Assembly (NCBI GenBank): GCA_965205015.1
Contig: OZ242029.1
Span: 32,001-96,000 of the forward strand
Direction: 5' to 3'
DNA from: Candidatus Poribacteria bacterium
Lineage (GTDB): Bacteria; Poribacteria; WGA-4E; WGA-3G
Length of the DNA stretch: 64,000 bases
Each line of letters starts with the position of its first letter. The first letter of the stretch is position 1. Both the position numbers and the translations under genes were made by a program. Positions 1-11,412 of this stretch are shown here, piece after piece. A model generated the notes under the pieces. It worked only from the letters and a program-made list of their open reading frames with translations. It did not search any database and was not told the DNA's origin.

Positions 1-933
1 ACCGGGATAATCTAATCCCGCAGAGATCGAGTGTGCGGGGGTTATCTGACCGTCATCTTCCTGCAACAGGTAGCACTTCGCACCGTGAAAGACACCGACG
101 CTGCCAGCCGTGAGAGGCGCAGCATGTCGTCCGCTTCGGATGCTCTCGCCTGCGGCTTCCACACCGATAAGTCGGACGGATTCATCGGCATAGAAGGGAT
201 AGAACATACCGAGTGAATTGCTCCCACCCCCGACACAGGCGACGACACACTCTGGGAGTGTACCTTCTTGCGCTAAAATCTGTGATCTCGCTTCGTCACC
301 AATGACGGATTGGAAGTCTCGGACGATCATCGGATAAGGGTGCGCGCCGACAACTGAACCGAGAAGTAGATAAGTGGTTCGGACGTTTGTGACCCAATCG
401 CGGAAGCAGGCGTTGATCGCATCCTTGAGGGTCCGCGACCCGGAGTTAACCGGCACGACCTTTGTCCCCATCAGTTGCATACGGAAAACGTTGAGTGCCT
501 GCCGTTCTATGTCTTCCTCACCCATATATACCTCGCAGTCCATACCGAACTTCGCGGCGACAGTGGCTGTTGCGACACCGTGTTGTCCCGCCCCGGTTTC
601 AGCGATGATGCGTTTTTTGCCCATCCAGCGTGCGAGGAGGATTTGACCGATTGCGCTGTTAATTTTGTGCGCACCTGTATGGTTGAGGTCTTCCCGTTTG
701 AGATATATTTTCGCGCCGCCGAGCGTTTCTGTCAAATGTTCGGCATAATACAGTGGATTTGGCCTCCCCACATATTCACGGAGGTAGTACCGAAACTCCT
801 GTTGGAAGTCGTGATTGTCTTTCAACTTTATGTATGCTTCTTCCAGTTCCAAAAGGGCGGGCATGAGCGTTTCGGGGACGTATCTGCCTCCGAATTGCCC
901 GAAATGCCCTGTTGCGTCAGGGAGTTGTTGCAT
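1..933 (-). CDS. trpB: Tryptophan synthase beta chain (3' end runs off the window)
   Basis: Not in the ORF track. Manual minus-strand translation gives [25 protein letters not shown]... [19 protein letters not shown]... [17 protein letters not shown]... [14 protein letters not shown], all TrpB motifs. Confidence 0.95.
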   Translation of the reverse strand, partial: MQQLPDATGHFGQFGGRYVPETLMPALLELEEAYIKLKDNHDFQQEFRYYLREYVGRPNPLYYAEHLTETLGGAKIYLKREDLNHTGAHKINSAIGQILLARWMGKKRIIAETGAGQHGVATATVAAKFGMDCEVYMGEEDIERQALNVFRMQLMGTKVVPVNSGSRTLKDAINACFRDWVTNVRTTYLLLGSVVGAHPYPMIVRDFQSVIGDEARSQILAQEGTLPECVVACVGGGSNSLGMFYPFYADESVRLIGVEAAGESIRSGRHAAPLTAGSVGVFHGAKCYLLQEDDGQITPAHSISAGLDYPG

Positions 934-937
934 TTTT

Positions 938-1948
938 TTATTTATTCCTTTTAAAATTTGCACGGAGATTCGACTGTTCCAGAACCGATAGGTTCACAAC
1001 GGACTCTGGCAGTTTTCCGGTTAGGACCTCCACGACACATGTGGCGGCAGCAATTTCCAAGTCAAGAATCGATTCCTCCGACATAAAAGCGGCGTGCGGT
1101 GTAGCGACAACGTTGTCGAAGGTCAGTAGTTCTTCGCCCTGTTCAGGAGGTTCGGTTTCCAATACGTCCAACCCTGCTCCGGCGATCTCAACGTTCCGAA
1201 GTGCGACAGTGAGTGCGGCGGTGTCTACGATACCCCCACGCGCCGTGTTAATCAGATAAGCCGTCGGTTTCATCGCCCGAAATTCCGCTTCGCCAAACAT
1301 GCCTTGCGTTTCCGGTGTCAGTGGCGCATGGATAGTGATAAAATCAGACGCTGCGAGGAGTTCTGAAAATGAGACCTTTTCGGCACCATATTGCTGAATC
1401 AATTCAGGATCAGTGCGTGGCGAACAGACGTTGATTGTAAACCCAAACGCCTTCGCTTTCGGCACAATTGACCGCGCAATCCGTCCGAATCCGATGACCC
1501 CGAGCGTTTTCCCTTGAATTCTGCGCATCGCTGGTCCGATGTTCTGCTCCCATGTACCCCCTTTGACTGCCCGATCAAAGCGCGAGATTTTTCTCGCACA
1601 CGCCAGCAGCAACCCCATCGCGTGGTCGGAGACCTCATCAATACAATACGCCGGGACATTGGTGACAACGATACCGTGTTCCGTAGCAACTTCCACATCG
1701 ATGTTGTCTAATCCGATACCGCAACGCCCAATAATCTGACAATTTTCAGCAGCGGCAATGACGGGCGCACGTACCGGTTTCCAGCAGGTAAGGATGCCGT
1801 CCATAGTTGGCGCAAGCGTTAGGAGTTCTGCTTCATCGCCAGTCTCTGCAGCGATGAGTTCTGCCCCGATTTCAGCGAGCACCCGTCGTTCGGGTTCTAT
1901 AGAGGGCCAGGCGTAATCGGTGATGAGGACTTTCCAGTTGTTTTGCAT
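938..1948 (-). CDS. D-isomer-specific 2-hydroxyacid dehydrogenase (CtBP/SerA-like)
   Basis: [16 protein letters not shown] Rossmann motif, [21 protein letters not shown]. Confidence 0.9.
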   Translation of the reverse strand: MQNNWKVLITDYAWPSIEPERRVLAEIGAELIAAETGDEAELLTLAPTMDGILTCWKPVRAPVIAAAENCQIIGRCGIGLDNIDVEVATEHGIVVTNVPAYCIDEVSDHAMGLLLACARKISRFDRAVKGGTWEQNIGPAMRRIQGKTLGVIGFGRIARSIVPKAKAFGFTINVCSPRTDPELIQQYGAEKVSFSELLAASDFITIHAPLTPETQGMFGEAEFRAMKPTAYLINTARGGIVDTAALTVALRNVEIAGAGLDVLETEPPEQGEELLTFDNVVATPHAAFMSEESILDLEIAAATCVVEVLTGKLPESVVNLSVLEQSNLRANFKRNK

Positions 1949-1978
1949 ATTTTCCTTTCAGATACGCCAGCGCACTGA

Positions 1979-2521
1979 CTATGGTGATTCGGACTGTGAC
2001 CTATCCCGCCCTCTGAAAGCTTCATTCTCTGACCTTAACTGCTTGAGTTCTCCCAAAACTTCGCTATGGACTGCGTAAAGTTCTTCAACCGAGGTCTGCA
2101 GGCGTTCTTGCCCGCGTTGTCTAAACGCTATGATCAGTTGTGGAATACCAAGCGCAGCTATAACTAACGCAAACAGCCATCCTAACACCGTAAAAGCAAA
2201 GTTGATCCGCTTGTCTACTTCGTCAATACGGTTGTTAATCTGTGCAAACTGTGAATTGATTTGAGCAAATTGTGAGTTAACTTCTGATATTTTTGCATCC
2301 GCGTACATCTTCATCCGTTCTTCGGAGGCTTGTATTGCAGCAGTCATTTCGGCTCGAAGCCGTTGTTCCGATTCAGCGATTTCCGTACGTAGCCGTTGTT
2401 CCGAACTGACTACCTCGACTTTAACGATTTCTCGGATGCGCTGCAGATCTGAGTCGCTGAGTTCTGAGAAAGCGGGTGTAACGAAAAATAGCAACATTCC
2501 TAAGCAGATTACGTTTCTCAT
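1979..2521 (-). CDS. Hypothetical membrane-anchored coiled-coil protein
   Basis: Signal peptide, repeats SEQRLR x2 and NSQFAQI x2, TM helix near the C-terminus. Confidence 0.75.
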   Translation of the reverse strand: MRNVICLGMLLFFVTPAFSELSDSDLQRIREIVKVEVVSSEQRLRTEIAESEQRLRAEMTAAIQASEERMKMYADAKISEVNSQFAQINSQFAQINNRIDEVDKRINFAFTVLGWLFALVIAALGIPQLIIAFRQRGQERLQTSVEELYAVHSEVLGELKQLRSENEAFRGRDRSQSESP

Positions 2522-2546
2522 AAGAGATCTTTCCTTAGACTCGTAT

Positions 2547-3929
2547 CTATAAGAAGACCTTGCCGGGGTTCATTAAGTTTAGCGGATCCAAAGCATTTTT
2601 GATAGCACGCATTAAATCGATTGCGGATCCGTGTTCCTTTTCTAATGCCTTTCGTTTGCCGATACCAACACCGTGTTCGCCGGTGCAGGTGCCTCCCATC
2701 TCCAAGGCAACATCTACAATCTGATGGCTGAGTTTTTGTGCCTCTGCCAATTCATCGGCGTTATCCGCCTCAAGCGGAAAGACGACATGGAAATTCCCGT
2801 CTCCAACGTGTCCGAGGAGCGACGGGTCCAGATCTGATTTAGCGAGAAGTGCTTTCGTTTTAGCGATGCACTCGGCGAGTTCAGATATCGGGACGCAGAC
2901 ATCAGTGACGTAGCCGACGGAACCCGGACGGCGGTTCAAAGCGGCATAGTAGCTATCGTATCGGGCTTGCCAGAGACGTTTGCGTTCATTTTCGTCCGTT
3001 GCCCACCGGAAATCGCCACTCCCGTGTGCTGCTGCGATCGTCCCCGCAATCTCCGAACTCTCTGCAACGGTGTGCGCCGAGCCGTGGAACTCAAAGAAGA
3101 GTGTCGGTGCAACTTCGTACGCCAACCCAGCGTATGTGTTGACGGCATCCATCTGGCGTTCATCTAACAGCTCAATACGAGCAATACTCACCCCTCTACC
3201 TATGAGTCCAATAACGGTGTCTACCGCTGCGGCTATGGTTGGAAAGGCACAGACAGCAGAGGCAACCGCTTCCGGTAACCGTGTTAATTTAAGCGTGACT
3301 TCAGTAATAATCCCCAATGTGCCTTCAGAACCGATGAAAAGACGTGTGAGATCGTAACCTGCGGCAGACTTTCGAGCCCTGCTCCCCGTCTGGACGATGG
3401 ATCCATCCGCAGTAACAACAGTCAAACCGAGGACGTTATCGAGCATTGTGCCATATCGGACAGCACTTGTCCCAGAGGCACGCGTCGCTGCCATCCCGCC
3501 CAATGAGGCATCCGCACCCGGATCAACGGAGAAATGGAGTTGTGTCTCGATCTCTGCGAGATGTGTGTTCAATTGCAACCGTGTTACACCCGCTTGGACA
3601 GTCGCATCCCTATCGTCTTGACTGACGCGAAGGATACGGTTCATTTCGTTCAGAGCAATACAGAGCGCGCCTTCAGTTGTGACAACAGCCCCTTCAACAC
3701 CCGTACCGGTCCCGTAAGGGACAATCGGCATTTTATATTTCGCACAGATTTTAACAATTTCGGCGACTTCAGCGTTAGTTTTCGGGAAGGCGACGGCATC
3801 CGGGAGCGTGCCTCGGTGATAGGAGGCATCGCGTGCGTGCGCATCCCGGACGGCACTATCCCTACTGAAGCGTGCTCCGAGCAGATTCTGGAGTTCCTTA
3901 TGAGAATGCTTTAAGTCGTGTTGATTCAT
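2547..3929 (-). CDS. FAD-linked oxidase, D-lactate dehydrogenase/GlcD family
   Basis: DPGADASLGGMAAT, GSEGTLGII, GHVGDGNFH, GEHGVGIGK, LMNPGK. Confidence 0.92.
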   Translation of the reverse strand: MNQHDLKHSHKELQNLLGARFSRDSAVRDAHARDASYHRGTLPDAVAFPKTNAEVAEIVKICAKYKMPIVPYGTGTGVEGAVVTTEGALCIALNEMNRILRVSQDDRDATVQAGVTRLQLNTHLAEIETQLHFSVDPGADASLGGMAATRASGTSAVRYGTMLDNVLGLTVVTADGSIVQTGSRARKSAAGYDLTRLFIGSEGTLGIITEVTLKLTRLPEAVASAVCAFPTIAAAVDTVIGLIGRGVSIARIELLDERQMDAVNTYAGLAYEVAPTLFFEFHGSAHTVAESSEIAGTIAAAHGSGDFRWATDENERKRLWQARYDSYYAALNRRPGSVGYVTDVCVPISELAECIAKTKALLAKSDLDPSLLGHVGDGNFHVVFPLEADNADELAEAQKLSHQIVDVALEMGGTCTGEHGVGIGKRKALEKEHGSAIDLMRAIKNALDPLNLMNPGKVFL

Positions 3930-4125
3930 GCTATCTGCATTTTAGCACAATTTGAGGATGATGGCAAGCGGAAAGTATTGGAAACAGGCGTTTTGCTAAT
4001 AAAAAACCTTCACAGATCAGACGATCCGATCTTTAAAATAAAACTACACTGGAACAATGCAGTTGGGGCACGAAGCCATTCTCCTTGTAGAGAAACCAGG
4101 CGAGATATCGTCTTCCATACTCGGG

Positions 4126-7100
4126 TTACGGCAAGGTGTCCCCATCCGGTTCTTGGAAGATTGGAGAGAGATAAGCAGGATCAGCGGGGTCGCGGAAAAG
4201 GATATGCCATTCTTCTGCAAATTCCTGTCTCTCAATACCTTCTCTGCGGCGGAGCGCTTGAAAATCAGTTTTTGAGATAATAAAGGAATCCATCTGTACA
4301 TGTTCACCACGGAAGCGTTCATAAGAGAGAGTCCGTAGTCTTTTGAAAAGAGTGATTTTCTCATTATGCTCGTTGATGGCATCATGCCCCATGCCGTGCG
4401 GTTCAATGAAAACGATACGCTGTCTCGCGCCTTCGGTTATCCACAGGATAAAGTCGGGATAAAATCCTTCATTCTGATAGAAGCCAATACCTTTGCCGCG
4501 ACTCTGGTTGCGTAAGAGGAAAACCTCCCTTTTCGCGAGAAGTTCCTCGTGTTGCTGACGGACGTAACTTCGCAGATCCTCTACAAAGAGTTTCTCACTT
4601 TCTTCTAAGGCAGGCGGTGTCGTTCGCCACGAATCATTGGCATTAGTAATCGCGAGGAGCGGTTGATAGAGATGCCGATCATTATAGGCGTTGGGTAGAT
4701 CGGTTACATTAGGTCCGTATATTTCACCACTCTCTATTAGATTTTGGATTTGGGGCTCAAGTTCATATGCTTCGTCTCGGGGTATATAGATACTCCAATT
4801 TGTGAAGTTATCATCGTCTTCCTTTAAGGTGTCCAATCTTACCCTGTTGCCACTCCACTGTTTCTGAATAATACGGTAGAATTTCGCGATATACTTGCGG
4901 AGCAGTGTAATTACTAATTCTTCTAAGCGAGTGACCTCTTCCAGCGATGTTGGCTTGACTTCTGATTCCGCCATGACGGTAAGGCCGTACAGCTCTTGGT
5001 CTGGATCCATGATTGTTTGAAGACTTTGGATATCAAAGATGAGATTGTGAAACCGCTTCGCCTGCTTGTATTCAAGTAACTCTAAATATACCTTTTGCCA
5101 ATCTAATAGTTCCAAGATTTCTTTTCCAATCCTGCGCGCCAAGGTTGCTGTTGACTGACTTCCATGGATGCCTTGTTGTGAACTACTCCCGATAACCTCA
5201 ACGATTTGTGTCGTGTGGGTGATATAGGCGGCAATATTAACAGTGAGTGGGACACACTGTCCTTTAGCAGCCTCATCGTAAGGATCAACTTCTGGAACAA
5301 AAAGGCGACGCTCGAGGAAACTTTCATTAGAGATAATAGGAATCTCCATCTGGATAGGTTCATCGAGTTCTATACCTTCGCGCATGAGATAATCTCGGAA
5401 TTGTGCCATAAAGTTGGCACGAACAGCAAAGATATTCAAAGTTTCTAAGAGAGATATATTGGATGGATGCTCGCCATCAAGGGCAGCACTGCGTTTGAGG
5501 CTCATATCTTTTCCACGAAGGCGGACCCCCCTACCAAACAATTGGATAATCTGGGAACCTTCCTGTCTACCGATATTGAGGAGTCCCATCGCAGTGACGC
5601 GCCAGCTGTCCCAGCCTTCAATGAACTTTTTTGCTCCAATGAGAATATTGATTGAACTATCGGGTTTGTTGATGTCATTGAAAAGGCTTTCCGTGAGGAC
5701 ATCTTCGGAATCCATTTCAATGCCTACGTCATCACTACGAACGAGTTTTTTGAAAGCAGCAGTATCCCCAATGTAGATGAGCCCAAATCCCTCCCTCCCT
5801 TGTGTCGTTCTCAATGCGATTTCACCTTGCGCGTTTCGGATGTCTTGCAGGTGCAATGCCCCGCTTGTGTCAGTATGAAATACCTCGTTAAGAATGTCAG
5901 TGTAAATTTGCTCTGGTGTTTCGTCAAATCCATTGAGATAGCCGAGTCGGTTTTGAAAGACATCATCGCCGTTGTCATCAGATAAACCAGAATTGCTGCT
6001 AAGTATCTTTTCAATAGCATCAATTGCACAATTTCCTTCATTCTTCAGAAATTTGTGCAGAAAACGAATGACATTAAGAACATCAGAACGGGCGCGGCGG
6101 TTTTCGGTATAGACAGCGTTAACCTTACTACCGACGAATGCCCATAAGGGTGAGTCTAACCCGTAGGTACGCACTGCTTCTGTGTGCTGTTTGAAATAGC
6201 GTCGTTGTTCGTAGAAACTAAGGAGATTTCCCAAAAGCAGTATTTCGGTTTGGGTCTCTTCATCATACTTGACATTGAGGATGCGGAAATTCTTTCCGTA
6301 TCCGTCGTCGTAGAAATATCGGTATGAGTAGTCAAAGACAATGGCCTTGCCGTATTCCTCAACGAGGTCCGCATTTTTGGCAGCGGCGAGTGCTTGTCCA
6401 AAGGTCGCACTATATTCAAAGGTAAAGCCGGTTTCACCGAGTTTCTCACGAATTTTGCGCCAGACTTCGCCGCCACTGCCTTTGTGCCCTTCATCCACAA
6501 AAATAAGGTTATTCCCCTCAAATGCTTCAACTTCAACACTTTCGCCTTCACCTATCTTTTCCTCAACCAACTTTGTAATCTCAATGACTTGGACGGCATT
6601 TTTCGCATGTCGAGCCTTGTTTCCTTCTCTACTAAACCGTTCACTCCGGATGTCAGAGTATGCCATTTCCCGCATGTGTTGTTCGCTTAAGCCTTCATTG
6701 GGTGTGATAAGAACAACGTGGTCCAATTCCTTTTTGCTGTAGTGAAGAAACTGATGGTAATTGATGTGCATGATGAGGGTTTTACCGGCACCTGTTGCCA
6801 TCCAGAACGCGAGTTTTTCGAGGTCCGCGTCTATGAAGTGTGTATCCATGGGATCGCTGGGGGCTCTCACATCATTACGTCTTTGGACAAAAACGTTGAG
6901 TTGGCGCAGAAGTTCCGCGGGTCTATTGAATTTCCAGTCCAAGAAAATTTCGGTGTAGAGGAGTGCAAGGTATTGAAAATAGCGAAGAACAATTGGCTGT
7001 GAGCGCGTGTCGTTTATGACGGACAGATGCCGTTTGATGTTAGAATCGTAAACTGGGAGTGCTTCCGCCATCAATGATTTTGGTTGTACACGCGAGACGA

Positions 7101-7266
7101 GAAATGTGCAGATTGGGGAATGTCCATCTGGATTGAATCCCTCGTCCACATTTTTCAAGTCGTTGAGGAGGTCGCGCGTGGTTTTATACCCAAAGAGGTC
7201 ATTGAACCACGCGTGGAGGATGAGATGATTGTCGAGTTTTTTGATATGTGTTTTGTTCCCAGGCAT
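4126..7266 (-). CDS. res: Type III restriction enzyme Res subunit (SF2 helicase + C-terminal PD-(D/E)xK nuclease)
   Basis: MATGAGKT Walker A, VDEGH, YSAT, QLFGRGVR, FYPDFILW...FIEPHG; lies downstream of a mod gene. Confidence 0.9.
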   Translation of the reverse strand: MPGNKTHIKKLDNHLILHAWFNDLFGYKTTRDLLNDLKNVDEGFNPDGHSPICTFLVSRVQPKSLMAEALPVYDSNIKRHLSVINDTRSQPIVLRYFQYLALLYTEIFLDWKFNRPAELLRQLNVFVQRRNDVRAPSDPMDTHFIDADLEKLAFWMATGAGKTLIMHINYHQFLHYSKKELDHVVLITPNEGLSEQHMREMAYSDIRSERFSREGNKARHAKNAVQVIEITKLVEEKIGEGESVEVEAFEGNNLIFVDEGHKGSGGEVWRKIREKLGETGFTFEYSATFGQALAAAKNADLVEEYGKAIVFDYSYRYFYDDGYGKNFRILNVKYDEETQTEILLLGNLLSFYEQRRYFKQHTEAVRTYGLDSPLWAFVGSKVNAVYTENRRARSDVLNVIRFLHKFLKNEGNCAIDAIEKILSSNSGLSDDNGDDVFQNRLGYLNGFDETPEQIYTDILNEVFHTDTSGALHLQDIRNAQGEIALRTTQGREGFGLIYIGDTAAFKKLVRSDDVGIEMDSEDVLTESLFNDINKPDSSINILIGAKKFIEGWDSWRVTAMGLLNIGRQEGSQIIQLFGRGVRLRGKDMSLKRSAALDGEHPSNISLLETLNIFAVRANFMAQFRDYLMREGIELDEPIQMEIPIISNESFLERRLFVPEVDPYDEAAKGQCVPLTVNIAAYITHTTQIVEVIGSSSQQGIHGSQSTATLARRIGKEILELLDWQKVYLELLEYKQAKRFHNLIFDIQSLQTIMDPDQELYGLTVMAESEVKPTSLEEVTRLEELVITLLRKYIAKFYRIIQKQWSGNRVRLDTLKEDDDNFTNWSIYIPRDEAYELEPQIQNLIESGEIYGPNVTDLPNAYNDRHLYQPLLAITNANDSWRTTPPALEESEKLFVEDLRSYVRQQHEELLAKREVFLLRNQSRGKGIGFYQNEGFYPDFILWITEGARQRIVFIEPHGMGHDAINEHNEKITLFKRLRTLSYERFRGEHVQMDSFIISKTDFQALRRREGIERQEFAEEWHILFRDPADPAYLSPIFQEPDGDTLP

Positions 7267-7279
7267 ATCCTTTGTGCCT

Positions 7280-7638
7280 TTACTGTCTGGAAGATGCGGC
7301 TTTGCTGACTACCTCAACGATTTGCGGGGCGGCATTGCGAAAAACTTCAGGGGCAATTTCTCGGAACGTCTTTTCGAGCTCTTCATCCTTGAATACGTTC
7401 TCGAAACTGCTGTCGCTGAACGCCCCTTATCCAGATCTATCGGAACAGCCTTTTTTTGTTCAATCCCGTTAAAGGCATAAAGGACCCGCGCGAATGGAAT
7501 CCGTCCGTACGCTTTTCCGTAAGGTATTTCTACTCTCAGGAACTCTATTAATTCGCTACCAGATACAAGTTCCTTGAGAGAAACAGTCTGGATTTGGTAA
7601 GGTGCCATCTTAATAGGTTGTGTTTGATATTTGGACAT
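7280..7638 (-). CDS. Small hypothetical protein between mod and res, probably frameshifted at a G4 run (~7423-7426)
   Basis: The ORF as written ends at 7309. One extra G gives ...DLDKGAFSDSSFENVFKDEELEKTFREIAPEVFRNAAPQIVEVVSKAASSRQ*, ending at 7280 just before the res RBS. Confidence 0.5.
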
Positions 7639-7703
7639 AACGGTTTCTCCTAAATATTAACTCGATAAATCAATCGCCATCTCAAAAGTGTAACATTTTT
7701 ATC

Positions 7704-10700
7704 TCATACAAACATCAATCGTTTGAAAAGCGGATCTAAGGATTCTGCCCCTGGAACGATGCTGTCTGTGTTGACATATACCTCGTTTGCACCTTCTGTG
7801 AGTTCGTGTTCTTGAATGAAACGATAATCTCGCTCCCAATCTTGTTGTTCCCATCCTGCGGTTTCACGCCATATTATGACGATCGGATTTTGCGTTACCT
7901 CGCCTTTGTAGACGAGGTAACGTCGATCATCATCATAAAGGCATTGTCGAGTTTTCACCGAAACGCCCAAGAGGTAGTTGAAAGTTTCAGGTAGATCCAC
8001 AGATTGTGTCTGAGTCTGCATATCTTTGACGATGTTGAGTTGATAGTTGAACGGATTTTGGAGCTTGGATATGTTAAGGAGGCTTGGACTTTCCTTTGTA
8101 TGACTTTCCAACATATAACTTAATTGGTGTTCGTCAAGGAACAGATTCTTATGTTCGGTTTCGCTAAGTTCGATGTTGTTGAGAGCATCTTCATAAGATT
8201 CAATGCGTTGGTATTTGATGATATGGGAAAAACGACTTTCACGGGAGACTGGTTTTGCCTCTTTCCACTTTTCGGCATAGATGGCTTTTTTGACGCGCGG
8301 TTTGAGGACAGTGTCGAAATGATGTCCCATCTCAATGAGGATATATTTACGCTTTCCACCATCTTGGCGATTGAGGTTTATGGTTGCGTGGGCGGTGGTA
8401 CCAGATCCCCCAAAGTAATCAAGCACGATTTCATTCTTACCGACGGAGGAAACGTTGAGACAATCTTCAACAAGGTGAATAGATTTAGGAAACATGAATG
8501 CCAGACTATCACCGAGTATATTTGTTAAAAAGATAGTTCCATATTGCGTTGATGAATACTCCGTTTTACCCCACCATGTTTTTGGTAGCATGCCCTCTTC
8601 GTTTAGATACCGTTTAACAGCAATTCGAATATTGCCATTGCGATCAGTTTTTGCAATAGTATCCGACAGTTTTTCTTGTAATGTTTCAACGCCATATCCC
8701 CACGTCATCTCTTCACCGTCTGATCTGATTGGTAACACTTTTGTTTCACCTTGAAACGGAGATTCCAAGAGATCCCATTGTCGTCTCTCGCTATCCCATT
8801 CCATGTGAGGAATCCGAATTCGTTTATCCTTGACAAAGAGCGGATAGAATAAACGAGGACGTGCCGTTCGGAAAGCGTTGGGACCTCCACCACTTCTAAG
8901 TCCTTTCCATACAAAGAGGCGACCCTGTTCATCAATTTCAGCATTCTCAAGTTGTTCTTTTGTTCTTTCAAGACGACCAACTTGCGCCGCTCCTGTTGAT
9001 CTAAAGAACATCGCATATTCATGGGCAGGAGCAAAGCCTGTTGGTCTTTGACGACCTGCTGGATTGGAACAAACTGCGACAATTCCGAGTTCGTTCTCCT
9101 TACCAAAGAGATTCTGGAGTAACTGCCGTAGATTAGCGGCTTCTACGTCGTCAATTGCTGCACAAAAGATGCCATTATCTGCCAACAACCCCTGGGAGAC
9201 TGAAATCCGATCTGCCATCAACGACATCCAAGATGAATCTTTGTAGTTGTTTTTGTAAAGAATTGCTGAAGCATCAGTGTTGTAAGGTGGATCAATGTAG
9301 ACCGCTTTCAAGGATTCGCGATATTTCTCCAACAGCAGGTTTAATCCTTGAAAGTTTTCACCGTGAATTAGCAAGCCACCTATCTCGTTGTCTATATCGT
9401 CAAAATGCGTCAAGAGGCGATCTATGAAATCAGAATCAAAATGACGGGTGTCCAAGACAAGGTTCGGATTTTCCTTGAGGAAGTCAACGGAGAGTGGTTC
9501 GGTGTAATCGGCACCGATAAGATCGTTGTTTATTTCGTGAATCGCAAAGAGGTGTTTCCACTCCTCAAGTTGAGCTGTGCTTTGTATGATTTCGGGATAG
9601 AATTCTTCTGGAACGCGGTCGAGTGTGAGGCAGTAGTCGGTGGAGAGAATTAACTTCTTTTTCAGCCAGAGGCACTTTTGAAATTCTTCGATATGGGAAA
9701 GGAAATCTATAATTTGGGTGGAAATGCAGTGGATGAGTTTCGCGGTTTCAAGCCAATTGTTACTATTTGTTAACAATAAGTTTACTACACCCCCCCCCCT
9801 TTTTTAACGTTTGTTAAAATTAAACTTGACAATGGGATAACCTCGTTTTTGATGTAAATATCGAGTTCGCGGCTGAGGAATCCCTTGAGGTCTTTGTGGA
9901 TGAAGAAGTCTGCGGTGTTGCGGCGGGTGTAGATACGGAGGTGTTTTTTGAGGGTGGTTATACCGTCCATTTGATGATCAAGTGCAGAAAGCGCATTATA
10001 GTGGTCAGTCAATTTTCCCATGATTTCGGGTTCAGCAGCTTCAATGATTTGGTCCTGCTGTTTTTGACCCCTGTAGATTTTCTTTTCTTCATCAGTGAGA
10101 GGACGGTATTCAAAGGGAATGCATATCTCATTGTTTTCTGGCTTATAGTTTGTCTCAGCAGATAAGGGAATAAAGAAGCGTTTCACGCCTTTGACGTTGT
10201 CCTTTTCAACATCTACATCGCGAAGGTCAAAGGTAACAGTAACACCTTGGGATTTGAATCTATAGGTGGAGAAATGTTCACCGCTCTTGACATAGTATTG
10301 GTCTCGGTTTGCCCAGTGGAGATAGACCTCTTCACCGTTGTATGGGACAGCGTAGCGTTCGGTTTGGGAATAACGTCTGCGTGGAATGAAGTCTCCGTTA
10401 TCGTAGTATCGTGAAAAAAAGGTGTAGAGATGGTTATAGACGGCATCTTCACGCTGGTCGCGATTTTGTGGGGAACCGTGTTGTTCTCTCGCTTCAAGGT
10501 ATTGCTGGATAAGCGGTCTTTCTCTGTATGCCTCATTGATGAGATTGCCATCAGCATCCAACATTTCCTCTCCGAGATTGCTACCCAACTCCCTGACTTG
10601 ATTCTCAAGTTCTGTAATATGCTCGCGTACAGATTCTGCTTCGGTGTTTGCTTCAAGTGCATTGTTAACGATAGTGGGTAATTCTTCGTCGACGAAGGCT

Positions 10701-10816
10701 TGGATTTGATTGCGTCGATAGTTGATGATGCGGTAGATACCGAAGTCAAGGTCGGCAGCATCTGCGCGGAAAAGTTGCTGGAGGAGATTTTGTAGTTTTT
10801 GTAAGGATTCTTTCAT
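7704..10816 (-). CDS. mod: Type III R-M DNA methyltransferase Mod, split into two ORFs (9785-10816 and 7704-9776) at a G10 tract
   Basis: N-terminal ADLDFGIYRII; C-terminal half has GENFQGL, YIDPPYNT (motif IV) and LDYFGGSGTT (motif I). G11 or G8 fuses the two frames. Confidence 0.9.
9790..9799 (-). repeat. Poly-G10 simple sequence repeat inside mod
   Basis: C10 at 9790-9799 on +; the coding strand reads AAAAAA GGGGGGGGGG TGTAG. Confidence 0.95.
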
Positions 10817-10854
10817 ACTTTTCTGATTTCGCTGTCTGAAAATGGTAGTTTTAG

Positions 10855-10883
10855 ATTATACACTAATTTTTGTGAAATGTAAA
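10855..10883 (-). promoter_or_regulatory. Sigma70-like promoter for mod
   Basis: TTTACA-17 nt-TATAAT on the minus strand, ~40 nt upstream of the mod ATG. Confidence 0.6.
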
Positions 10884-10905
10884 AACCTGAATACTGCGGA
10901 TGCAT

Positions 10906-11412
10906 TCAGGTTTCATTGCGGGCGTTTATTTCCATCAGTTTTTCACGTGCCAATATTTCAAAGACCGGCATCACTCTTTCGACGAGTTCAGCGTGTCGTC
11001 CGGACAAACGATCATGTGCTGTTTGGAGTGCCTTGTGTTCTCTGGTAAGAGCATCGAGCCCAGCTCGAAGGGTCGCGTTTTCCTCTTTCAAGATTTCGTG
11101 TTCTTTCTGGAGCGCATTATACCGCCGATCCGCCGCACTTTGGAAACCGCTAAACTCCTCCTGAAGCGCATTATACCGCCGATCCGCCGCACTTTGGAAA
11201 CCGCTAAACTCCTCCTGAAGCGTATTATACTGCCGATCCGCCGCACCTTGAAAACTGCTAAACTCGCGTTGAAGGCTTTCATGTTCCACCCGAAGGGCGT
11301 TGTATCGTTCGTCCTCGCGCTTTTTGACAAACCAACCCGTAACCAAAGCAACTATGCCGAAACTAAATATCCCTATATCTATGAGACTGATGGTAGCCCA
11401 ACTGAAATCCAT
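10906..11412 (-). CDS. Membrane-anchored coiled-coil protein with 18-aa tandem repeats
   Basis: N-terminal TM helix; YNALQEEFSGFQSAADRR repeats. Confidence 0.75.
   Translation of the reverse strand: MDFSWATISLIDIGIFSFGIVALVTGWFVKKREDERYNALRVEHESLQREFSSFQGAADRQYNTLQEEFSGFQSAADRRYNALQEEFSGFQSAADRRYNALQKEHEILKEENATLRAGLDALTREHKALQTAHDRLSGRHAELVERVMPVFEILAREKLMEINARNET
11111..11275. repeat. 54-bp tandem repeat, ~3 copies (two identical)
   Basis: Unit agcgcattataccgccgatccgccgcactttggaaaccgctaaactcctcctga. Confidence 0.9.

Noticed and set aside
31-1739. Numerous short plus-strand ORFs here and opposite other long genes
   Set aside because: They are antisense shadows of clearly identified minus-strand genes (trpB, the dehydrogenase) and show no protein motifs.
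11111-11275. 54-bp repeats as a CRISPR array
   Set aside because: The repeats are contiguous, in frame and coding, with no unique spacers.
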